Source: Vitrella brassicaformis CCMP3155
Lineage: Eukaryota > Protista > Chromerida
DNA length: 64,000 nt
Direction: 5' to 3'
Assembly (NCBI GenBank): GCA_001179505.1
Contig: CDMY01000738.1
Span: 1 to 64,000 of the forward strand
Positions 24,212 through 36,860 of the stretch are shown one piece after another (the first letter of the stretch is position 1; the number at the start of each line of letters is the position of its first letter). The notes under the pieces were generated by a model. That model was not told where the DNA came from. It saw nothing but the letters and a program-made list of their open reading frames with translations, and did not search any database. A program made the translations under genes and the position numbers.

Positions 24212-25913
24212 ATGGATTCATTGTTGTTCTCGTCGGCTATGATATCGCGTCGGTTCAAGCTGTTTTTGTTTCTCCTACCGTGCACCTTCGCCCTCCTCCT
24301 CTTCCTCACCAAAGTGGACTTCTGGCTCCTCAGGAGGCGCCGGGGATTCGACTTTGTGCCGTCATTCCGGGACACACGCAGCACAGGTGCACAGCCAGCA
24401 TGAGGGCCATCTCACTGGACGATGTTTTGGTAGTTTGTGTGTGGGATCCAGGGGCGTGGTCGTCGCCCTTCGGCTCTCCGTCGTGCAATTGGACGTCTGG
24501 AGGTGCGGTGGTTGCGATATGGCATCCGCACAGGGAGACGACGGGCGGCCACTGGTGGCATGTGGCGTCTTACGCCATGTCATACCATGCCAGGCTCAAG
24601 GACAACTGGGACGCCATAGGCAAGCCAAGTTTTTCGCACCTCACCCACCGTGTTCTGATGATGTTTGTCCGTGTGTGTGCCAGGTCCTGCGTCGGATCTT
24701 TATGTTCTTGTCACGTCCTCTTCATTCTTCGCCCAGCTGACGCCATTCGTCCGCTTTATCCTCTCTGTCGGGCTCTCGCCGCCCTCTGCCGCCCAATCCA
24801 TCCACTTCCTGCTGGCGCCACATCCGATCGATGAGCAACCCCTGGCTGATGAAGGCCACACGGGGGAAGGCAATCTCACATTGCTGCTTCACGGGGGCAG
24901 GAGGGGAGACCTGAGCCAGCTGCCGACGATGTTGCTGCCGAAAGAATGGTTCAGGGAGGAGTTTCGCATCCTCCCTTCTCAGCACTCGAGCGAGAAGTTC
25001 AAGCGGCATGCTTACCCGTCTTTCGCCCCGCCCTCTCCCGCCCTTCAAGTGTGCGCAAAGGTCCTCAGCCCACACTGGTTTGGCAGCGAGCCGAAGGCCT
25101 TCCAGGTCAACAGAGGCGACTTCTTCCAGAGCCCAGAGGACCTGGCGAGACTGCGGCAGACAGTAGACGCCATCTGCCCCGGCGTGAGTGAGATCCAGCA
25201 GCAAGTGGCGGTGAGGAGGGAAAGAAGGAGCAAGGGGGAGAAGGACGGTCAAGGCAAGGTGCTGATCTATCAGCGGGACAGGACACGCCGCATCATGGCT
25301 GTACACAGGCTGCAGAGGGCGCTAGACGAAGGGTTAGGGGGGCGGGAGGGGGACAGTGGATGGTCTGTGGATGTGTTTTGGCACGATAACCGTGTGGCCC
25401 CGTGTGAGCTGGTGAGGCGGGTGGCGGATTCGGACGTACTCGTCACGGCCCACGGCTTCCATCTCACGCTCCTATTATTCATGACAGAGGTCAGTGGGCA
25501 GCCAGCCAGCCAGAAAGAATCACAAATCATTCGCGCAGATGACCGGATTCTCCATCCCTCCCTTTCTGTGTCTCTCCCTCTCTCTGTCTGTCTTGCAGGG
25601 GTCTCTTGCGTATGAGATGTTCCCCAAGCTGTATTACAAGGGCGCCTACATCGCCCTGGCGCGCAGCCTGCACCTGTCCCTGCACCAGCGGATGTGCCGC
25701 CGCGTGCAAAGATTCTTCCTCTCCATCGCATTTTCGCTACTGAGCGTGGTGCTGTGGGAGAAGCTGGATGCGAGCCGCTGTTTCCACCTGGCCTACTGGT
25801 GCCGGTACCTTGCGCGTCAGGACGATGTGCGGTTCTATAGGGAGGACGTCAGTGACGTGGTCAGGACTATCAGAGAGCATGATGATGGCAGTGACAAAGA
25901 AACAACAACATGA
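24212..25913 (+). CDS. Type II membrane glycosyltransferase, GT61/DUF563-like
   Basis: N-terminal anchor FKLFLFLLPCTFALLLFLTKV; KVLIYQRDRTRRI; VADSDVLVTAHGFHLTLLLFMTEGSLAYEMFP..YYKGAYIALAR resembles the GT61 HGA-GLTN..G..V.E..P signature. Confidence 0.65.
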
Positions 25914-26123
25914 ATGCAACTGTGAGGCCCTTGAAGCTCTCTCTGTATTGGCCCACTCTCACACTTGGCGCGCATGGGTGGTGCGGGCTGCCATCTGCCC
26001 AAAGAGCGCACGGAACAAAGCATTCAACCCCGCCCCATTGCAGTGCGCCCCCATTTCCCCGGGGCCCCCAGTCAAAGCGATCTCCAAATTTTCGACCCCT
26101 CCTTCCGAACACAGAAAGTCCCC

Positions 26124-29100
26124 ATGGATGACGTCACCAGCCCCACGGCCCGCTCGTCACTCAGACAGGCGGGCAAAATGCTTCGCCAGAAGACCAAGGA
26201 ACTCGGGTAATCGTGAGCTTGTAATCGTGAGCTCTGCCTGCAGTGAGATGAGATTCTGAGTTCTTTGTGTGTACGCAGCTTGAGCAACCTACGAGCACGG
26301 ATTGATCCCGACGCCTTCTCTGCCGTCGACAACGACGGCAAGGAGAAGCTCCCCTTGCCAAAGAAGCCGTCATATGGAAGGGCCCTCTCGCACGACGCTC
26401 CCCGCACGAGTGTCCAGAGCTTTCTCGGCATCAACCTGGGCACACTCTTGCATGGCAAGCAGAAAGAGTCAAAACGCCGGAGCTCCTTGGTGTCGAACCA
26501 TGAGAACTGGTTCCCGAGCGCCTATGAGATGGCCAGGGCATCCAACCAGCTGTGCAAGGAGCATTACGTCCTGCCGCCGGACGCACTCATTCGCAGCGTT
26601 GTGGATTTCTCCCTCGTGTGCATCTCCTTCTTCTACGCGGCCTACCTTGCGTGGGGTCGAGGGCAGGCAAACAGTCGATGGCAGGCAAACAGTCATCAGC
26701 ATCGACATGCATCTCCTGTCCTGTCCTTGTGCAGGTTTGCCTTCAGCTTTGTCCCTTACGAGACGGTTCACGTGTCGTGGTTCATCGCCGACAACGTCGT
26801 CGATTTCCTCTTTTTCCTGGAGATCACCCTCAATTTCGTCACGGCATATGCGCCCGACATGAAGGAGCTGGAGAGCGTGATTGCCCTCTACTCGAGGCCC
26901 ATCGAGGTCTGTGCTGCAAGGATGGATTGTATGTGTTCTTTTCCCTGTCCTGTGGATGTGTGTGTGTCTGCAGGTCCGGAAGTGCCTGATTGCCCTCAAG
27001 TACATCTTTGGTGGGGGATTCCTCCGCGATGTCATCACATCATTTCCGCTCATCGGTCAGCGGACGCCACCGCGTAATGCTGTTTTCCTTCTTTTACCAG
27101 TCTCTCTTTGTTTCTGTGCTTGGCAGATGTGTGGGCTTTGCTGCTGCTGAACATTGACGGCAAATCCCTTGGCATCATCATGACGCCCATCAACACACCG
27201 GAGGGGCGGCAGCTGCTGAGGACGGTCGCCACAAAACTGAGGCTTTGTCGAATCATCAGGTGCGACAGCCATGGAAGCTCCCGCATGTCCGTCTGTCTGT
27301 CTGTCTGTCTGTCTGCATGAGTGCTTTTGTGCATCCTCAAGGCTTTTGCTGCGGATATGGCGGTGTCGGCGCATCACTTGGAAGGGCCGGTACAACGAGC
27401 TGGTGCAGGAGCTGCACGCACGCTTCTCTTCCTGGGGCCCTGTGATGTCTGTCGTCTGGTTCGCCCTTAACTCACTGCTGCTTATTCACTGGTGACTTTC
27501 ATCCAGCGAGGCACATCGACACACACACGATTTCTGCACTTATGGTCACCATTGCTGCAGGTGCGCGTGTCTTTTGTTCTACGTGGGCGGCTCTGACTGC
27601 CAGCTGCCGACGCAGTGCCACTTTTCGATGGTTCCGTACCTCAACAGTAAGCAACAGAGACGTCACACTCAAAGTTTCTAGCCCTCTTCTCCACTCCGCT
27701 GCAACTTGCGCAGAGAATTCTCCCTTCGACGTTCAAAGCATGATAGAGGATTATGAGGCGCAGGGTCGGCCGGACGACTACCCCTGGCCTGAGCAGCCGC
27801 CCACCCTGAGAGCCTACCTCGCGACGCTCTTCTATGTGCTCACGCTGTTCCATGGGCAGGGCTACGACCTGCAGAAGGACACCAGCAATGAAGAAGTGCG
27901 CGCGCACACGTCAACACCGACAGAGACAAAGGGAGCAGTTTTCTGTGTGTGTTTGTTGTATGTTCAGGTCGCTACTCTGGTGGCCATCATGATCATCGGG
28001 GCCGTGTTGCTCGGCTCCATATTCGGTGAGGTGGCCGCCCACCTTTCCCGAATCAATGCCGAGAAGAAAAGCCACTACGCAAAGGTCGACAAAAGGAGAG
28101 GGATGTAAGAATGTGTGTGCCCTGATGGTGGCCGCTCTTTGGCTGAGTGGTGTGGTGTGTGCAGATGAATATGTTGGAGCACACGATGAAGGAGCTGCAG
28201 CTGGACCCCTCACTGCAGTCCAAGCTCCGAGACTTCTTCCAGATCCGATTCGACTTCCACAGACACGAGAACCAAGTCGAGGAGGTAGCTTGCCACCCTC
28301 GCTTGGATGGAGTGGAGACAAACGTCTCGTGTGGCCGCATTTCCCTCTCTGCAGGCATTTGCAAAGGAGCTTAACGACTCTCTCAAAGGCCTTGTCAGCC
28401 TCCAGGTCTCGCACACAGGCACGCGCATCCACTTTCACCCACATCATGTCTCCCCTTCTTCCGTTCTGCAGACCAAAACAGAGCTGATTAGTGAGTTCCC
28501 GGCCTTGTCCGACGTGCTGCGCGAGTCCAAGCTGGTGGCGCAGAAGATCACCCTCCATCTCAAGGTGCAGGTGTACCTGCCCGGCGACGTGCTTTGCAAC
28601 GCCTTCCAAAAGGTGAGTCGCCACCGACAGGAAGGATTCGTGTGTACGTTGATTGGCTCCCTGATCGTGCAGGTGTCCAAGATCATTTTCTTTCTTGAGG
28701 GACGGTGCCGCGACGTCAGCGTGGCGATGCTCAACAACAAGAACAAGTGGGGGACGACACAGCCAGCAAGACCACCATCTGCTCAGCCATGACGTGGGGT
28801 GGTTTGTCGGTGGTGCATGCAGGCCTGGTATGGCGGTTCGGGATCGTAGTGTGGTGTTGGGGCAGGGACAGAACATGAACGAGATTGTCGGGCCAAGGTG
28901 AGAATGAAAAATGAGAACACTCAGCCGGCCGCTGGCTGTGCAACGGCCCCTCCCGCACATTTGTCTCTGTCAGAGTGATTGGTGCCAAGGCGGTTACGAT
29001 GCAGCATCCAGTGTACACCACCACACGTAAGCGCGTTGCGTTGGCCACGCAGAGCATTGCCAGTCAGCTTGCTTGTGTTCCTCTTCCTTGGTTCAGTCGT

Positions 29101-31463
29101 GGCCACTGAGCCGTGCGAGACACACGAGCTGTGTTTGAGTGACTACTACGACATCAAACTCAGCTTTCTGAAACCTTCACTCCACAGGCACACACAGACA
29201 GACAGACGGGCAGAGAGCGACAGACACCCATCCGACCATCGTGACCAGGAAGTGTTGTGGCTTTCAATGTCAGGGATGCGCTTCAAGTCTTCGAGAAATC
29301 CTTACTCAAGGAGGACGACTCCCTCGGCACCTTTTGCGACGACTCAGCGAACGTCTTCGCCAACATCCCTCTCGACCCGGTGCTGCTCCATCATGTCGGT
29401 CTCGCTGCTGCTGCTGGCACCAGCATGCGGCGGGCCACCACATTCGGCGGGCTCAACAACCACCGGCACAGCGGCAGCTCCATCACGACTCACGTGCCTA
29501 ACAGCTTCCTCAGCATGCTCTCCCCCGGTGCGCCTTTCTCGCCCAAGACGGCCGACAAGGACACCGTGAGCGAGCTGCCGCCCATCAGTGAATGCCACAG
29601 ACGGCACTCAGTGGCGGTGAGTGCGTTGTGGAAGTGACGGCTACGTGCGTGGTGAAAATCCGCTCACCCGTCTGTGTGTCTGTACGTCTGCAGTCGAGTA
29701 GTGTGGCGTCAGGGGACACTGCGTCCCGCAGGGTGTCTCAGCAGGGCGACCACCATGTGGCCCCTCGGCTGTCGGTCGACTCGTCCTACGCACCCAGCCA
29801 CCCCTCACACGTACACGAACAGGTAGACAAGGGAGACAGGACAGGCTGGGATCTATGATTGCAGTGCGGCAGACACACGTGCCACGTGGTGCTCTATATT
29901 TCTTGGTTTGCCTTCGTGTGTGTGCGCTCAACTCAAGGCCTCTCGCCGTGTGTCCCAGGAGATCCCTCGCTCGCCAGAGCAGTGCCGCTTTCCCAGGCAT
30001 GAAAGGAGTCCATGTATAGGAGTGCATCATGACAAATACCTCTGTTGTCTCTCCCCAGCTCATCTGCGAGCATCCTGACAGCGGACTTCCACACACCGAT
30101 GAAGGAGGTGGGTGGGCGAAGAAACATCTATTCACATCGTTTGTGTGAGCAAGCGACTGTTTGTCTTTCCTTCTTTTCGGCAGGTGCCAGCGGAAGGAGA
30201 AGTGCTTGATGGCGCTTTGGCACATTCTGCTGATTCTGAAGCTAACAAGTCGCCCTCTCTCCGCAGCACCGGCAGAAAGCCAAAGACCGCAAAGTGAGCC
30301 CGAGCCGAGTCAGCAGCACACACTCAACGAATGACTCGATTCGCTTTGTGCAGGAAGCTGGCCGTGGACCAGAGTTCAGACAGCGATGACGAAATGAACC
30401 TCTTTGGCGACCAACAAGTGAACAACATATATCACCCATGACTCCCTCCCTTTATCGTGGGTGTCATGGATCTCACGTTTGTTGCAGCTGGAGCCTGAAT
30501 TCCGAATGATGGCTGCGCAAGCATGGCGTGCGGCAGGCAAGCGAAGGATGCGGCGGCGGTCAATGATCACCCAGCAGTATGACCTCGACCACATGGAACC
30601 CAAGGAGCCCCGCGCGACACCGGCCGAGCGATCCGTCGGCCTCCGCACATTCGTTAAATCTCGAATCGGTCCGGCGATGAAGCACACTTTGCAAACACCC
30701 ATGTGTGCCATATCTCCCCATTGCAACATGTAGGATGGTGGATGAGCCCGAATGTTCTCCGCGACACAGAGCCGCTGTCAAGCCCAGAGACCCCATGTCT
30801 CCCAAATGCGAGGCGAAAGAAAGGAGATGACAACGAGTCACGGGCGTCGAGCCGCACTACTGACGGGGGCCGGAGGAAGCCAAAGGGCAACAACAGGAGG
30901 GACCACCGCGGCAAGAGGAGACGGCACACGGTCGACTTCATCAAACAGGCCGACATCAACGCTCATGAGAAGAAGGGAAAGGGCAGCAAACGCACCTCAG
31001 TCGATGGCATTAAGGTAGGTCCGCAGTGAAGAATGTGTCAAGGACACGAGACACGTCTCTCTTTTCTTTGCAGAAGGGCATCTCGCCGCTCAAGCTGCGC
31101 CGGCAGACCTTCTCTGGCATATCCAACAAAGACGCGAAGGAGGAGCAGGCCGAGGAGACACCGCTTGACGATGACCTTATGTACACGATCCTGCCCCAGC
31201 AGTCAGCACCCGCGGCCCCTATCTGGGTTATGGACAGCGAACACCCTCTGTGCGTGCCGCCGATGCCGACCGGTGACCCGCCCCTCCCCACCGACAGCCC
31301 TCACGGTCTGGACGTCTCTGGCGAGGCCGACGACGCACATGGCCAGGGGAAGGTGCCCATGAAGGTGTGGCTGTCATTTGGGGAGGGAGCAGGGGAGGGG
31401 GGTGTCGAAGAGGCGCAGGGTGTGTTGCCTGAGATGTCAGGCCTGCTGCACAGAGACGTGTGA
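26124..31463 (+). CDS. 6TM cation channel of the CNBD superfamily (CNG/KCNH/HCN-like) with long low-complexity C-tail; about 20 exons
   Basis: S1-S3 (VVDFSLVCISFFYAAYL, VVDFLFFLEITLNF, GGGFLRDVITSFP), S4-like KLRLCRIIRLLLRIWRCRR, pore YLATLFYVLTLFHGQGYD, S6 VAIMIIGAVLLGSIFGEV, C-linker MLEHTMKELQLDPSLQSKLRDFF, CNBD start VQVYLPGDVLC..KIIFFLEG and VATEPCE. Confidence 0.85.
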
Positions 31464-31580
31464 GCCGGATCTGCATTTTGCTTCGGATTGTCTGCGTGCT
31501 TTTCGGTGGGATCTGCGTGTGCATGAAGCGGTGCGGGAGTCCGCGTGTGACACGCTGCGTAGGACAGATAGAAAGAATCC

Positions 31581-32489
31581 ATGAGTGCGACCGAAGATCA
31601 TCCCCTTTGCTTGGGGGCCACAGTCTCCCAGTCTCGGCGCTTGGGGGGCCGTCTTGTTCGAGTGTTGTATATAGCGCCTGCAGTTGACGATGGATCCGCA
31701 AGGTATATACCCCCTCATATCCACTCCATCTCCATTCCTCACACCAATCAGCGCACAATCCGTCACCGTGCTACTCTGCACTGCGCGTCTGTCTCTCTGT
31801 CTTCTGTCCATGTTCCTGCAGTGATGCACGGTGAGATGATGGACGGCCCAGGCCCTTTCGGTCCCATGCTGTCGCACCAGCCGTTCCCGATGCCCATGGG
31901 CCCGCCGCCGCCCGCCATGCTGCCGCCGTTCGGATACCCTCACCCCCACGCCCAGCCGATGATGCCCGGCGGCCCTGGGCAGATGATGCAGCCGCCCTTC
32001 CCAGGGCCTGCCATGATGCCGTTCCCGATGCCCGCTCCGGTGCAGGACGACGACGGCATGATCAACTTGAACTTGAAGCAGGTAGAGGATCTCGAGGAAG
32101 GGGAGGACGGTGTCGGCGGGGAGACGGGCGAGGAGGGCATTGCAAAGGAGGTTGGCGCTGCCGCTGAGACGGAGCCGTTGGTGCGGAAGTACGCCACGGG
32201 ACACTACGTGGCCCGCGTGGTTTCAGTGACGGTCAGGGAGGGAGACATCACGAGACACCTCACCTCCCATGATCTGCGTCTGTCTCCTCCTTCTCCCCAG
32301 CAAAGGTACGTCGATTGGGAGGAGGTGGACAGGGCGACCTTCCCCGAGCAGCACTACAACGAGCCGGGCGTGGTGCGGCTGTCCCAGGAGCAGCTCAAGA
32401 TGCTCGGCCTGCAGATGCCCCAGCCACAGAACGCGCCCATGCCGCCGCCCTCACAGCAGCAGCTGCCCATGCTGGACCAGGAGAACTAA
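31581..32489 (+). CDS. Pro/Met-rich, acidic hypothetical protein (5' end uncertain; core exons from about 31822)
   Basis: Coding-like stretch MHGEMMDGPGPFGPM..PFPMP..DDDGMINLNLKQVEDLEE..KYATGHYVAR, spliced to QRYVDWEEVDRATFPEQHYNEPG..*. No family recognised. Confidence 0.55.
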   Translation: MSATEDHPLCLGATVSQSRRLGGRLVRVLYIAPAVDDGSARYIPPHIHSISIPHTNQRTIRHRATLHCASVSLSSVHVPAVMHGEMMDGPGPFGPMLSHQPFPMPMGPPPPAMLPPFGYPHPHAQPMMPGGPGQMMQPPFPGPAMMPFPMPAPVQDDDGMINLNLKQVEDLEEGEDGVGGETGEEGIAKEVGAAAETEPLVRKYATGHYVARVVSVTVREGDITRHLTSHDLRLSPPSPQQRYVDWEEVDRATFPEQHYNEPGVVRLSQEQLKMLGLQMPQPQNAPMPPPSQQQLPMLDQEN

Positions 32490-33025
32490 CCAAGACAGGC
32501 AGGCCAACCTTGACAGACAGAAACGAACGCCTGAGTGGATGCACTGCACGCATAGCCATGGACCTACAATGGACTGACTTTTTGAGCGAGCCAAATCGAA
32601 ACGAGCTGAAAGCGCCTCTCGGCACACCACACCACACCGGAGTGTGTCAGAAACCCATTCATCTATCGTCGCTCAGTCAGTGTCAATTAGAGAGAGATGT
32701 CGTTATCTCATCTGTCTGTACACGGAGATGGAGAGACAATTGAGTGCGTCAGCCATCCCATCCCTCATCTACACACACTACACACACGACGGCCAGCCAG
32801 CCAGCAAGCCAGCCATCGGCCGTCAAAAACTCTCACCTCATCCGATCCGGCCGATCGATGTATCACACGTGCAATGCAAAACACAGGCAAAAGATGCATT
32901 GCGTGCCATTTGGGAGCCAGTGTCGGTCTGTTGACACAATGCCGACCCACTCACTGCCCCGTCACCCACCACACACTAATGACTGACACCCGTCCCCTCC
33001 TTCCCCCTCTCTCCCCTTCCACCTG

Positions 33026-33096
33026 GCCCGCCAACAATCGGAGAGCCCCAGTGCCGCACAGCGACCTGCCTGTGGCCTCGTCATCCGTCAGCAGAC
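33026..33096 (-). promoter_or_regulatory. SECIS element in the SELENOO 3' UTR
   Basis: Minus strand: stem I GUCUGCUGAC/GUUGGCGGGC (10 of 10 pairs including G-U), AUGAC..CGAU core quartet, stem II GAGGCCACAG/CUGGGGCUCUC, apical mini-stem GUCGC-UGU-GCGGC. Folded by hand. Confidence 0.8.
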
Positions 33097-33240
33097 ATCA
33101 CAGTGGATCGATCACCCATTCCCCATCATTGTCACTTCCACTCCTCTGCGGGCGAGAGGGCCACTCCATCTCGTGGATGGGGTGGATCGCTCATCGTACC
33201 CGCGAGCCGCGCGACCATCGTGGACGGATGGCGGCGCGGC

Positions 33241-36200
33241 CTACGAGGATCATGTGACGAGCAGGGGCGATGAACCGGGCGGGCGGGGGAGGGCGTCTGC
33301 ATCACACCACACACATGAGTGACTGATATGCATAAGGATTGGACGCAGCTTGGTTTGGACGTACCGTCATCAGAGTGTGATTCGTCAAATGGCGTCTCGA
33401 GCACGGCTAGCAGCCGACGGACCTCTGAGAAGTCGCCTGCATTCAAAAAAAACATCATCGACAGGCACCATAGAGTAGACGTGCGGTGAGTGTGTGTGTC
33501 CGTGAAGTGCCGTGTGCTGCTGACCCTGCTCGGCCTTGTCGATGGCCCGCTGAGCTACGTGGTTCCGTAGGACCACCTTGGGGTTGGCCGCGTCCATGAC
33601 CGCCACCCTCGCCGACTCGACCGACGACACATTGTCATCGCCTTCACCCGACACGTCAGCAGCCTGCATGCCCAAATAGACACAGACACACGTACACGCA
33701 CATTGATCACATCTGTGTCTGTGTGTTGTCTCTCCCACCAGTCTGTCGCAGTATTTGCTCATCCACTCGTGCCACAGCCGCCGGTCCTGCGCGTCCTTCT
33801 CTCCCTGTGTCCACTGCACACACACACACACACACACAGAGTTGGATTGGGACGCACCCAACATACCCATGCCGACTGCGTACGTACCGATTGCATGTTG
33901 GTGTACATCTGGTACTCATCCCGCCACTTCTGGAGCTGCTCAGCCGACAGCCCCAGGGCCTCGAGCACCATCGGCTGCGTCTCGGCCAGCTGCATGAACA
34001 TCCCCAGCTGGTTCGGGCTGATCGACGGCCTGACACCCATGACATGGAATGGACAGACACCAGACACCAGACACCAGACACCACACCACACACACCAGAG
34101 AAAGCCGTAAGCATCGCCGTGTGGTGCCCGGTGCAATTGATGACTTACTTGGACGCCTGTATCATGTCTTGGCAAGTAGCGAGGTTGGCGGAGATGCAAT
34201 CGAGGGCTGCGGCGAACCGCTCGTCGCCAGCACGACTGATGCACACCAAACGCAACGACCGGAACGTCACGGTGAAGTCGGCACCTAGACACACAGTCAG
34301 ACATACAGATCCATCCATTCATTCATTCAGATGGTCCTTTCTCGCCCTGTGTGTGTGTGCGGTGTGCTGTATAGGTCTGGGTACCAGTGCGGTGCATGGT
34401 GTCGAGCAGTGAGTCGATGAGCTGCTTGTCGTCGTCCAGCTTCTTCCTAATTAATCCCAGCTTCTCGCGCATCCTTACAGAGAGAGACATCACACTCGTG
34501 CATGCAGCATGCCTGTGTGTGTGTTTTCAGGCTTTCCCATGCCCTGCCTGACCCAGTCACCCACCTGTCTATGTATCGCTGCTTGAATATCCCGTCATAC
34601 TCAGCGATGATGGCCCGCGCGGCCGCCGGCTCCAGCAGCGGGCTCAGCGCCTCAGCCAACTTCTCGCAATTCCACCTGTGTGTGTGTGTGTGTCGTGTGC
34701 AGGCAACGTCTCCGTGTGTCTTCATCTTGCCCACGCCACGTACTTGCAGATGTCCGGTTGGTTCTTGTAGGCGTATCTTCCCTGGTCGTCGCTGGCGTTG
34801 CAGACGTAGTTGGGGTCGTAGCGCTCCATGAAGCCGTAGGGGCCGTAGTCGATGGTGTCGCCGATGATGCTCATGTTGTCCGTGTTGAGCACCCCGTGGC
34901 ACCACCCAACGCACTGCCACTCGGCCACCAACCTGACACACACAGACAGACAGACAGACACCCATGTGTGTGCAGATCAGATGGGTATGTGCGGATGCTC
35001 ACTTGGCGGTTCTAGTGACGATCTTCTTAAAGAAGTCCTGGTACAGCTCCTCTTTGAGCGGCTGTCTGGCCGCGGCATCCTCCCATGCGGGCGGAGCGAT
35101 GGCAGCGGCCGATGTGGCATCTACGTCACACCACATGGATAGATGGCAGACACATGACCAACCACACAGCATACATAACATAGCTCTGAAGGTGTCTGTC
35201 GTTGCAATGCGTTCGCTGCCCACTGACCAGGGTAGTGTTTGGTGTACAGGTGGGGGTAGTAGGACCGGATGACAAAGTTGACGAGGGCCGTCAGGATGTC
35301 CACACGGCCTGTGCTGGGCCCCTTCCGGCCGGTCACCCTGTCAGTCGCCTTGAATATCTCAAACGAACCAAACCTGATCAATGGATGGGCGTATCCACGA
35401 AACGACGCAAGAGCTCTCACAATGGCAGATGTCTGTCTGTCTGTGTCTGCGCGCGTGTGTGTGAGTGCCTACCGGATAAACGTCTTGGCCATCCGCAGGA
35501 TGATGGTGGCCCGCTCGTGGATGGCATTGCCATTGTAGAAGATGTCACGGACGACGCGACTGTTGGACTGACAGACACACTCAGACACACACACACATTC
35601 CCTCGTGTCCGTCTGTGTGTATGGCTGGCTGGCTGCTGTGGGCCGCCGCCGGACCGGACCTACCGTGACGCATGTGCCGGCTCGTGTGGTGGGAATGCCC
35701 AACGCATTGATGTGCTCAGAACACAGAAACTGGTCCAGCAAGATACAGACAGACAGACACGTGGTTGAGTTGAGTTGTCTAGGCTATCTCACGGTCTTTG
35801 TTGGCCACTGGGCTGACCCACCTCTCGTATGGATGATCTGAGCACCTTCCGCCCGTCAGCAGACCGCGAATATGGCGTCTTGCCGGCACCTGCACACACA
35901 CGTGTGTGAATGTGAATACGACGCCCCGGTGTCTGTCTGTCTGTCCAGGCGCACCCTTGAACTGAATCTCCCACTTATCGCCTTTGGCGTTGGTCACCTC
36001 CCCCAGGTACATGGTCGCGCCGTCACCCAGCTGGCCAGAAAAGTGACCTAACACACACACATGTGGAGCGATAGATCCGTTGACATTGAGACGATACACA
36101 CCCACTGTGTGTATGGGTACCGAATTGGTGTCCGCAGTAGCAGTGTGCCGCGGGCTGGCTGCCCGGGATGATCATGTTGCCGCTGAAATACGAAGCAAAA

Positions 36201-36642
36201 CCCTCACGAACGATCTCACCTGGCCACACGGACGCACAAACGAACAAACAAACACGGCATATGCTGTATGTCAATGCCCCTCTTTTGGTGTATTTCGGTT
36301 GACCTGGTCCGAGGTCGATGAGGCCGAGCGCCTTGTCCGACGCACACACCAGCTGAGGGCGGTCACATGGCGTGGGCGACACCCTGCACAAACACCAGAC
36401 ACACCTCGGACAGGGGTTTCCACCCTCGTCTCTTTCGCCACCGACCGGGAGAAGCAGGCGCCATGAACCTGTCTGGTGTAGTTGTCGGGCTCCTCGTCTA
36501 CCGGCAGGCACCGCAGGCAGCTGTTGTCGAACTGCAGCGATGTCACCGACGCCGACGCCGACGAACTCATCTTCCGTGCGATGAGCGACACAGAGGGGAA
36601 GGTCCGCTGCACGATGGGCAGATGCGACGCACCACGGAGCAT
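33241..36642 (-). CDS. SELENOO: Selenoprotein O / protein adenylyltransferase SelO with C-terminal selenocysteine
   Basis: [105 protein letters not shown]. The last exon (33296-33241) reads ..PLLVT-TGA-SS-TAG. The N-terminus is Arg/Ser-rich, like a mitochondrial presequence. Confidence 0.95.
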
Positions 36643-36860
36643 CTACATCTGGGAGGCGTCAGCTTTGCTGCTTTACACGGAAGCATGCCAGCAAAGCTCG
36701 CGTCTTTCGCTCCCTGAAACCGCTCTCTCTTTGTCTTCAAGAAGCCGTCCTCTTCCAGGGCTTCCCCGGCATCTCGCTTTCGCCCATCGCCCTGTCTGTC
36801 CGGCTTCCGCGCTCTCACCCGTCCGCCTCTCTCAGCAGATCTGACGGCGATGCAGCACTA

